Below are positions 36,001-48,000 of a stretch of DNA of 64,000 bases, in pieces; position 1 is the first letter of the stretch, and the number at the start of each line of letters is the position of its first letter. Below the pieces are notes generated by a model. That model did no database searches. It was not told the DNA's origin and was given only the letters and a program-made list of their open reading frames with translations. The stretch is from Amphiscolops sp. MND2022 (lineage: Eukaryota): the NCBI GenBank assembly GCA_964187785.1, contig OZ076412.1, forward strand, positions 42,656,001-42,720,000, read 5' to 3'. Position numbers and translations under genes: made by a program.

Positions 36001-39000
36001 TTTACTTTTTAAACGTTACCTACAAGCCCGGACGGGACTAAAATTCCCCCCCTTTCAATTTTTTTCGGCACTGTGAGACTTTTTTTTCGAATTTTTTTTA
36101 ATGTCCCCAAAGGGTCCCCCTTTGAGTTTTTTGTTATTTTGCTACAGAATGCGTGTTTATAAATCAAAAAGGGTCCCCCTTTTATATTTTTCGGCACTGT
36201 GCGACATTTTCCGAAAGAATTTTTTTTCAGAAATTTCAAGTTTTTTTCCAAAAAAAATATTTTGCGCTTTTTGAGCCTTAGATATAGCGCCGACTTGAGA
36301 CGTTCCCGTCTTGTTTAGTCGTTGCTTCTCGTAGAAAACGCATACTATAGCACTGTCTTTTTCAAAGACCAGCGACGTGACAAATTTTTTAAGCTTTATA
36401 AGCTGAGCTGTTGCTTCCACTAACTGCCACACTAAACTTGTAACTTCTACTGCCATTTGGCATAGAGGTTAATTAGGAATTTTTTGAGGTCTGCCAAGCA
36501 GAAAGAAGTGGGTTCGAGTCTCGCCCTTGACCATTTTTTGTGCATGTTATTTCGGCTTTGTGAAACCTTTTTTCGCAAATTTTTTATTAATGTCTCCAAA
36601 GGGCCCCCTTCATTTTTTATGTATTTTGCAACAGAATGGATGTTCAAAAAATTCCAAAGGGTCCCTTTCACTTTTTTCGGCACTATGCGACTTACCGGAG
36701 ACTTCAAAAACATTCCGGAAAATTTTTTTGATTCAGGTACTGTAGAAGAATGCTTTGAAGTCTTTTTGCTATTTATGAGCCTTAGATATAGCGCCGACTT
36801 GGGCCGTTCCCGGGTTGTTTTGTTTCATCTAGTTTACTATATACTAGGTTGTTCGAAAAATTAACCGCCGTGGTCTGTGTATAATTTTGATACACACTCG
36901 TCATATGATTGCTTCCAACAATTGTGGGTAATATGAACAAAATGTTACCTTTCAAGGTTCCAGACTTGGTTCTAAGATACGTTTTACCATCTTCACCAAT
37001 AACCACTTCCATGATTTCGCCGTCTTTGGTCTTCACGTACATTTTGCCAGTTAAGGGGTCTGTGAAAATCTGTAGACCAGGGTCTGAAACAAATAGTTCA
37101 ATACTACATTTGGAAGCTTTAAACTTTGTCAGAGTTTTGTATGAAAGATGAGACGACATACAATTTTGAAACCACCAAACATGACTAACCTTTGTTTTGC
37201 TTCAAAAATACTTTTCCTGTGACTGGATCTGTTACAAGTTCCATGTCTGCCGGAAGCTCTGAAAAGTTAGAATTAAAAAGTGATTTAGTTCTTTCTTTGT
37301 AAACTGTCGTTCTGAATGACTAAAAGCATTGAAGTATTTACCTCTGAGTTTCCCGGATTTGGTTTTCAAGAAAACTTTGCCAGTGACGGGATCAGTGTAG
37401 ATTTCAAGAATTTCACCTGAAAAAAAACAGTGACAAATCGTCCTATCGAGAGGGTATCTTGAGAAAATGCTATGAAAAACATTGCAAAAGTTTTAATTTA
37501 AAAAAACATACTTTTGCGAGTGCCGATTTTTTTTATTTTAGTGACAGTTAAAACCCATCCAAATATCAATTCAAGTTATTTTTTCGAAACATTTCACAAC
37601 TTTTTCGATCTGATTTGGAATACAGAAAATATTTCATCAGAAAATACAGACAAGCGTTGCAAATAAGAAACGTAAGCACAATAGGCTGAGGTCTGAATAG
37701 AATTAAAATGCTCTATTATATACCAAGATTGGAAACTCTTAGAAGTAGAAGTAGAAGTAGAAATAGAAATCGAAAAAGAAATAAGAATAGAAACTGCGAT
37801 AGTTACCATCTTTTGTGCGGATGAACTGTTTGCCAGTGACTGGGTCAGTGAACACTTCGAACGACTCTCCCCCTCCCCCGGTTCCGGCTGCCCCCGTTTT
37901 GCCAATGAACATTTTCCCAGTAACCGGGTCCGTGAAAATCTGCATATCGTCCGGCAATGCTGCACACAAACATAATAGATAAACGTTACCGCCTTTTTCT
38001 TCCTTCTAATTCTTAGAAAACATTAAAAAATTTTATTCAGACTCAAAAATTAAAGTTCCACAACATAGACTTCCAAACATGTGGAAATTTTTAACGGTAC
38101 AATCTAGTATCAATTTATGGCTACAATCTGGTTTCGTGTTATCGCTTCAGTTTGGTATCATCTAGAGTATTGAACATGACGACAACTAGATACTTGATAC
38201 CAAATTTGGAAGTGAGATTTCATGAAGATTTCATTTCTCTCCAATTCTGATGTTTGCGAAAGAAATACCTCTCAGTTTTCCAGACTTTGTCTTGAGGTAT
38301 GTTTTTCCGTCCTCTCCCACCACAATCTCCAGCAGTTCTCCGTCTTCAGTTCGGATGTATTGTTTTCCGGTGATAGGATCCGTGAAAATCTCATATTGCG
38401 CTTCGTCTGGAAAGAAAAACAATTTGATCTTCTGGACTTGTTCCGATAAGCAATCAAACTTTTTAAAAAAATTTTTTAAATTTATTTTACACTGCACGAA
38501 TGTTTCCAAATGTTTTTTTTATAACTTGAAGTAATCATTTCAACAATAGTAGACTGTTGCTAAGATTGCTCACTAAGGTAATAGTTTTCACAAGCTACTT
38601 AAGTTTTAGCCAAGAGACAACAAGACAACCTGTGATGCTCCGAAGTTTCCGATTCTTCATAATTTTTGTCAGTCTGGCATTTTTTGCGGGAAAATGGTCA
38701 AATAACAGGTGTCAGGAAATTACGCCCAAAGTGGACCTTACGCACAATGAATACGGGGACGATTAATAACTTCCGAAAATTAAGAAGGAGGAAGGCCGAG
38801 TCATGCAACTTTTCTTCAAATTATTGGACGTAATGTCCGCTTTGGATGTAATGTCCTAGAACCCAAATAACTGTTTTGACCAAAAAGATATTGCTATTCA
38901 CCTGGCACCATGGTAAGAATTTCACTCTTCACTGACCTTTTGGTTTTGTGCCGATGTACATCTTGCCTGTTGTGGGATCTACATACAATTCCATGCCAGG

Positions 39001-42000
39001 GGGAAGTTCCTTTAAATTTCCACTGGCTGTGCGCATGTACACTTTTCCTGTTTTAGGGTCAGTGATGATCTCCATAATCTTACCGTCCTTGGTTTTAATG
39101 AACATCTTGCCAGTTATTGGATCCGTGAAAACTTCCATCCCAGGGTCTGCAACATTACAAAAAGTCTTATAATTTAAAAACTTAAATTCAAAAAACACTT
39201 GCAACAATGAAGTAAGATTTTTAAAAAATGAATTCATCCGATCTTTGTTGCCCAGCAAGAGAATATGGCATATAGAGACATCATATCAGCTGTATGATTT
39301 CATGGAGCGTTTTAAGTGTAATAAGCAAATTGAAAAGCTCACTAATGGGTTTTCATCAAAATGCAAAATTACCAAGTTAGCTTGGTAAAACTATACGAGC
39401 AAAAACTAAGGAAGATTATCAATTTGTTCAGTTCTGATAAACTTATTTGCAGTTTCGTCACTCTTACAACACTTACTACTGGAAATTTCCAGTGCGCTCA
39501 CCTTTCTTCTCTCCCAGGTACATTTTACCAGTGATGGGATCTGTGTAGAGATCTAGAGATCCAGGCACCTCGATCAGCTTTCCTGACTTTGTGCGGAACA
39601 TGAGTTTTCCTGTTTTGGGGTCCTTGAACACTTCAATTCTTTCTCCGCTCTCAGTGATGACGTACATTTTGCCATCTTTGTCCACAAAAACTTCCAACTT
39701 GGGGATTTCTTTCCTCTTCCGTCGCTGCTTCAGCTCCCCTGTTTCCGGGTCTATGTAATACTCCATCTCCCCGTCTAAAAGTTTGCTTTTGATATTCCAT
39801 TTCAAAGAGTACTGAACCGCATAGACTACTAACAGGTTGACTCATTATAGTTATTATATTACCTTCATGCCATTTGAAATGCTGAATAATGCCTACTTCA
39901 CAAAAAACAATCAACGGACTGTACGCAAAAATTGGTCATTTTGTTGTTTTAGTTGAAAAGATTATAAGATTGCTTCACAGAACTCAAATTTCATTTCGGC
40001 CATTCTCCATATGGAATGAAATTCAACTTCTCTGTCTCGTCCCCAAACTTTGCCATTTTTTTCCAATTTCATACTTATATGATTATAGAAGTTCTTCCAG
40101 AGATATTAACGACAAAAAATTTTGTTCACGGCATACCTATTTCTGGAGATACAAATACTCTTCTTTAATAAATACTTACAATAAAGATAACCTGAAATTT
40201 CGTAGTCTAAAGCTACGTTCTAAAAAGTTTATCGAGCTTTAGCTAGCCGTAAGAATCGTAAGTAAATCATGACTATCGTTGATTGTGCAACAGTGGCTAT
40301 AAATGCTTATTGCTAATTTTGATTTTCAGAAAAACGTTTCGAAAAATTACTTTGAATTGGTAATAGAATATCATCCATTATTATAGGGTTTTGTAGAAAT
40401 TAGTTTTACGCTGGAACATTTTGTTATTTTCCGCCCATATTTCATATGGGAAAGGAAAATATTTAAATCAAACGGGTTTTTTTTTTTTTTTTTACAAAAT
40501 TTGCCAAGATTTTATTTATATTTAAATTTAAGGGTGTTACCCATAGAATTCAACCCACATAAATTTAGCTTCGTGCGATATGTATTTGTAGAGATTTTTG
40601 AAGTTTTTTTAAAAAATGACGAAAATGACCCCTTAATGACAAAATGACCCCTTAATGACAAAATGACCCCGAAAATGACAAAAATTCCCAAATTTCTCAT
40701 TTTTAAACATTTTTATGCAATTTTTGCCATTTTTTGAGACACCGCGAATTAGAAAAATGGACAAGATGAATCGAAGCTTTCTTTTCTTCGAACTTCTCAG
40801 CGTTTTTATAGTGCATTAGTTATTCTTGAGCCTCAAATTTATGTAGTTGTAGAACAGTTCGGGGCGGAAAATATCCCGCTCCTCAGCGGGCGTCTTGTTG
40901 AAGTTTAGAACATTATTGAAGGTACGGTGCTAGAACAGTATCGGTGTCTATTAGTAGATGCTTGTAATTTTAAAGTTACGACAAAATTTATGACGGAATT
41001 TCCACGCAGAATGGCCCGCAAAGATTTTAATCCGCCAAAACATTCAATTTTGACAGTTTTTTACACTTTTCTTCAATAAGAATGTTCTTGATGATTTAAA
41101 CATCCACGGAGTTCAATGACAAAATAATTAGTTCCTTGGCGTTGTTTTTGGGCCAAAGTGGGTCAAAATTTCCATATTTTTTAGCCATGTTCGTTGTTTA
41201 TTAGCTACACTCGAGCCTTAAAAATTAGTTGTGTTTAAAATTATTTGGGAGCGGAAAACATCCTAATCCGTCTCATTACCTAATCTGATGCATATTTTAC
41301 TGATGCAATTTTCAATTTGGTTCAAAGATCCTGCTGTCCAATTGGATATACTGTCATTTCTTTTCACATTGTAACACAAATTTGTCAGTTTAATTTTGAA
41401 CCAATTTTATGAAAAAGTACTTCAACTATTTAATGATTTCAATTAGGTGTCCTACCATCTCCCATGAGGTCGGCGAGTTTTGTTCCCCATAGCCGTGCAG
41501 CCACTTTTGCATCCATGCCCAGATCTGCGCCCCCAAACAACTGGGAGAGGACTGCGGCTGCCACTAGAGTCGCCCTTCTGTAAAGACCCTTCTTTCCTAA
41601 ACGAGAGTCGCTCCGATGAGAGTCACCGCTTGATCACTGTGCATATCGAAGCATGTAAAAACATACTAGTGAATGCATACATGAATGCAGAACTACATGA
41701 CAGAATGAGACTACGTTTCTAATGGAAGAAGTTTCTAATTTGTTATTAGCCGCGCTACACTGTGTGTTTGTGAAGAAAAATTATAGACGAGGGCGAAAAA
41801 TGAGACATTTTCTGCTAAAACTAGAAAAGAAAATGTGTCCTGAAAATCAGCCATGAACCCCTCCCCATATATTGTAAACAATTTTAAATAAACACCATGA
41901 CGATGAACTGACGAAGTTTCAACAGTTTTCTGACTGTTGGGGTGCAAAGCACTTGCATTGATTCGATTTCAATCTCAGAAAAACTGTTGAAACGTGAACT

Positions 42001-45000
42001 TACACACAGTTCTTCGTCATGGTCTTTACTTCATAAAGTGACTTCGCAGCATCGTTCCTGTATATGAAATGCTCTGATCAACGCGCATGCATTCATAGCG
42101 GATGGCTCGATGGATGCAGTTACCTGACTAATCTACAGATGATTTCTTTTTAACCAGTCGGCAACTAAGGCACTCGTGCTTCCTACCTTCGGCTCGTTTC
42201 ACTTTAGGCGCTTTCAGATTATTTTGACTGCGCTCTCTGATTGTAACGTTGGATGAATCTTTTTTAGCTTTCGAGTTATCTTTCACGGTATTTTTCCAAG
42301 CCACTGCTTTTCTAGCTCCTTGCGACGTTAATGTCTTTCCTTTACCAAATCTGGGCGGCTTGGAATCTTTTTTGGTAGATTCTGGCTCTAGTTTTTCTTC
42401 TCGCGCCGTCGACTCAGTTTCTTCTGGCTCTTTTTCTTCGGGAATCTGGTCGAGATTTTGACTGGTTGCAGTTTTAGAATCTTTTTCTTTATCTCCTGTT
42501 TCCTCTGAATTGTTATTTGCTACGTCATTGGAATTTACGCCTTGTGATTGTTCGGATAAATCCTTGGCAGGTGATTGGTCTGTTTTACTGAATTGCGATT
42601 GGCTATCATCTTGTGCAAGCCCATTCACTCTTATTTGAGGTGTGCGAGTTTGAGGTGTCTGTTTTTCATTTTTCACAGCGGGCTGTTTCGAAATAGCAGT
42701 TATGCTAGATCGACATAGTTCATAGTAAGTGTCCAGTACGAAATCACAATTATCCGCACTCTTGAGAATGTCCAGAAATTCTGGATACTGCAATGAATAG
42801 TATATGAAACGATGATGGGTCATACCCTTGGCTAGCACTGGTAACAAAAAACTTCTGTCAGACCTCCAATTTCAAACTCTGCTTCTAGAGAAAGACTACT
42901 TTGCATTATTTCACGATACAAAAACCAAAACCTGAGTAAAGGCATAAGCCAGGATATTTTTCAATGCCATGATTATGACAGAATCTTAGGCACCATTTGC
43001 TTCGTATAGCACTTCTTGACTTCAGCGTAACTCAGAGAGTGTGAATTGGAAAACAGATAATTCACATTTTTGTGATTGAATGTTTTTTCACAAAGTTTTA
43101 GAAACACAATTAAGAGGGGCGCCCCTAGCTAACTGGCTGGATGACATGAATCTATGTATCTATTCATGAAGTACTTACCTCTGGAAAGAACTTTTGTGTC
43201 TTCCCAGTTAAACACTTTTTCGCTCACTTTAAAATTTGATTTTTTAGAATTTCAAAATTCATTGTTTAACCATATTTAGCATCGCGGTACGTATTTGCGC
43301 CACTTAAGATCTGCTAACTTCTAAAGGCCCCAGCGCACCGTATGGTAAAGAAAACTCTTGAATAAGTCTTTCAGACAAGACAACATAGAATTGCACGCAT
43401 TTTCACGGATTGTTGACTTGATGTCTCCAAAATCAGAAAAACGGTACCAAAAAATCAAAAAAATAGCGCAAAATATCAGATTTTCCTGTTTTCTTGTGTG
43501 GCCACTTTATAATACTGGGGACAAGATTAGGTCAAAGGGGCCCTAGCATGTTTTGAAACAAGCTGAACTGCAGCCAGGGACACCATGTGTGCAAAGTTTT
43601 CGCGCAAAGTCCGGAGCCAGTGCGGCAAAGCCGCACGCCAGTGTAGGACTTCGCGCAAAAAACTTTGCGCGCAAGAGGCCCGCACCAGCGGGCCCCCAGC
43701 CCAGCTGTTTAAAAATTGATTTGAAAGCCCTGATTGATGCTCCTCTTTCGAACGCTGTATAAATCATTTGTCGGACTCGAATAGTTTTGGAGATATTGCG
43801 GTTTAAAGTTTAAGCACCAGATTTTTGGATGCACCCAGAAATTTCCACCTACTTTCCGGGTTAAAGACAAATTCTAATTAGATTTTTGAGTATAGCATTT
43901 TATGATCTCACCTCGAAGTTTCTTGAGAAGATTCTGGGCCAGCAGGCTGCTGAACAAATTCTTCATGTTCTCGATCACTGAAACACAACACCAATCATCC
44001 TAAAGAAAAAACAGATTTAGACGTTTTTGTTTCAATTGAACACACGAGAACTTTCCACAAAATGAGTCAACAAACTTAATGATGATTGGTGAAGTAGCAT
44101 TCTTTGCCAGTGCATCGTTACAACAATACTGGCACCCGTTTTCTGCAATAATTCAAGAGGGGTGAAATTTAGTTGAAAAGGCTGTTTTTGGATGAACGTT
44201 CTCATAGTTTCATACAAATTGAAAGTTGAATACTCTGGTGTTACTGTTTCATTGAGACCCGCCAGTTCTTACAAATTGATTTCCTTTTTTTAAAACACAA
44301 ATTAAAAAATATTTTCATGCCTTTATAAGTAATTTCTACCCTAGTTGAGCTTGCATGAAATTTTTTCATGATTTCATAGGATTCCCAGCACTTTTATTGA
44401 AGTCTCGGAGCTTTTCTGAGACTCTTCCATGCTTAAAATTTCGCTGCTACAAGGCTAATATCTCATTTATTTAGCACTTTTCTTCTATAATTTGGCGGGC
44501 TTTTGGAGCATCTTCTAGGTTTTAATGACAGACATCGAGGGAAATTCTTCAAGATGTTGCGGAAAAACTGGAGATTTTTACATCTACAGACGCTACTTCT
44601 AGACGTAAACAAATTTATCTGCATGTGCTAGTGAGACAAAACAAATTCGTAAAACTGGGTGTCTTTATTTGAAACAAAATTTTTTTCGGAAACAAAGTCG
44701 AGTATTCTCAAAAATCAATAAGTTAATATTTGAAAATTGAAAAACTTAAAAAAAGTCTAACAAACGTTATTTGAATTGTTCGAAGGGACTACGTTTTTAA
44801 GCGGAATATTCAAAATCTTGTTTTGATTGGATGAAGATCCTTTTTAGAAAAATAGTTGAAACAAATACTCTGCTGGCATTGAAACTTTACATTCAGTAGT
44901 GATTTTTCCTACCAAAACATTCTTTTGGCCTTCTATATTTGTGGTTGAACTACTTCAATGAAGGCCTTCAAGATATTTCGAAGTTGGAGAACAGTTTTGC

Positions 45001-48000
45001 GTTCGATAAGATTCGTTTTGCACGTTTTTCAAATCTGTAGTTCTGAGTTTTGATCGGATGTTTTTGTTTCAGACCATGTCAACTTGATGTTTTTCGGAGT
45101 GGCTGATGCTTGATAGCGTGTTGGGTGAATCATCTAAATTGACAGCTTCAGATAGTGCCCTTTTTGATCAAGAAAACCGTTGACTTTCGGAATACAATTT
45201 TTTTCTCATCGTGCCTGATTTTGCTACTTCATTCATAACTAGTTTAGCTCTTCTTCCATTTCCTCCCACCACCAACTTTTTTTGAAAACTTGAAGCTATT
45301 AGAAAAAAATACTTAGAACTAATTCAGAATCTTCAGTTTTAACTTCAATGTCAAGATGACTTTCAATGGTTCGGATAGAACCTTTTTCACACTTTCTCTT
45401 TTTGTGAGTTCACGCATTTTCGATTAGGAAATCAACAGCATTATTTTTTGAATCACAGATCGAATATAATCACGCTCAAAATGTATGAAAATTGTTTTGT
45501 TCAAACGAAAAACTATTCGAACAGACTTCAACTTCCTGTTATGGAACGAAATTTCACTTTTACTTTGCCCAGTTTGAAAATACCTGTATATATTCCTGAA
45601 AACATTTCGATGGTGATGGGGGGACAGAAAGAGCCAATAGTTTTTGTGTATTGTGACACCTTTAAATTCAGTTTCGTTCTTATTGATTGTAAGGACCTAG
45701 GTCCTCCGTGTGTCTCAGATCACCAGTGGACCGAGAATCCTTCTTTGTAATTTTCGTTCTCAACCCAGGGTTGTTTTCTCTATTTTATTGACTATTAGGG
45801 GACGAACTAGCCTCAGTGTCCCTATTTCCTGACAGGGACATCGAACTCATGATCTTCTTCATTTCTGGAATGACTCTGTCAGAGATAGCTGAGCTTATAG
45901 CTCTGTTCATTTGCGAATGCATCTTAGCCATCATGGAATCCATTTCCTGGGACAACCTAAGGTTGAATTCCTTTGAGAAATTTTCCATGTAGTCTCTTGT
46001 TTCATTTGGCCAATGTTCGTTATTTTCACAATTAAGTCCTCTGAATTCGCTTCTTGGGTAAAAGTATTGGACTCAATGTCCCCAAGTACCGATGATTTTT
46101 CGATTGCATTTGATAATTCTCTCTCAATAGGATTAATATTCTCATTCCCTATCATCACGTCCATATTATCAAAATCGGACATCATGTCCATTTCTCTAGA
46201 CTTTCTAGCTTTTGCTTTCTGACTTCTAGTTGAAGGCATAAGAGATTCGTACAAGGAAAGAATTAATTATAATCTTTTATCTTGTAAACAACGTTTGTTT
46301 TAGTTAACACAACTGTATCAGAGAGTGGTAATTTTTGTTGCCCCGTACCTCAGCCCGTGTGTGTTTATATATTGAAAATTGCATGACACGCAAAATTGTT
46401 ACTATCATGATCTAAAAACAGCTGATAACTATTCTAAAAATAGCACAACTATTTATAGATACAATGACGTTATGACCTCTAGGCCACATCAAAGGCGTTA
46501 TACCGCCATCTTTATGTAACACAGCAATTGTCCCTAAGGGACAACTAAACTTTCATGGACATGACTGTAATATTGCATACAACTAACAAACAACAATTTC
46601 ATGCTGAGATAGTTACATGTCTACGTCTATGCAAATGCGTTAAAATGTGGTCAGTGTGGCGTTGGGGGGGGGGCGACTAATAGAAGCACCTTTATTTGAC
46701 ACAACATAAGTAATAAATTACTCTTCGAACCAAGGTTATTACTGCAACTTCTATTCTATATCTTAATTCGGACTCAGTATCCTATTGCTTTGATTAACGC
46801 ACTAATAATGGCAAGCTAGCGGCATATGGCTTCCGTGTCCATTACTTGAAAGCACAGTACCAAAGCACTCAGACAAATACTGCAAGGTGATTGGTTGAAA
46901 TTTAATGCGGACTGCATTTAATGTCCACAGCGACAGGAGAGGAAACATTTGAACACGTTTCCTCTACCTGTACGCTTTGGTGTCCATTTACTAACAGCAT
47001 ATTACTAATTTACATGCAACGTGTAATAGATTAACAATACATCAAATAAATACCAGCCAAATTCGCACTAAAATACGGGTGGTAAATATACCCCCATGTC
47101 TGGTTATTAGACCAATATTACTGAATAATTTAATAAACTAACAAGTATAAAAGTAGAGTAGTAATTTATAGTTTGTTGCCAAAAGTCCTCGATGGCTTTC
47201 CTTCAGCTCAAGGGGAGAGTACCAGGGAGAGATTGGTGATGGACGTAGCTGATGGAATAATAATTTGCCTGGTAATTTTGCAAAATTTTATGATATGCCT
47301 GTTAATTTACAAAATTTTCCCCCGAATTTTCCATGTTTCATAAAAAGAAATTAGCCGGAAAAAATTTTTGAAGGTGCCTGTAAAACTTCGTGGCTACTTC
47401 GACTAGGGTAGTCAAATTACAGAATGAGCTAGGAAAAATTCAAACTCAATCTTTGAATCCGCAAGCCAATGAGTCTCCAGAAACCGCTTCCAATGTATGA
47501 TTTCTGATGTCATGGAATATTTGCTTCAGCTAAGGGCAAACACAAAACAGTGAGGGGTTTTGCATAAATTCAAAATAATGAAAATAATGATTGGAAGATG
47601 AGTTTTACCGACAAATTGGTTGTCAGAGTTCTAAGCGTTGTTCCACGTTAATGATTTTTGGTTGGCCCTTTATGAGATAAAATGAGACTATAATAGTGGA
47701 TACTCAAAGAATGAATTGCTACTTTAGCACCTACTGAAAGGAATCAATCAACAGAAAAGAAAAAAAGATGCGAAGTCTTACCAAGTGTCGCTATGGAGTA
47801 ACTTCAACGTATCAAACTTACATCGTTCTTTCATCTCAAGCTCGTGACCGACATTGAGAAGCTCGTCTTTGAACTTCACAAAAGCACCCTTCTCGCCAGC
47901 CGCATCTGGAAAGAGCTTGGATCTATTTATATTCATTCTTTCACCATAGTTTTCCAAGTGTCACAGAATGGTTACAAATTAACATTTTGCGCCATGATCT

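Noticed and set aside
37594-37806. SISTSTSTS-containing ORF extension
   Set aside because: Translation of an intronic (AGTAGA)n microsatellite beyond the splice donor at 37806.
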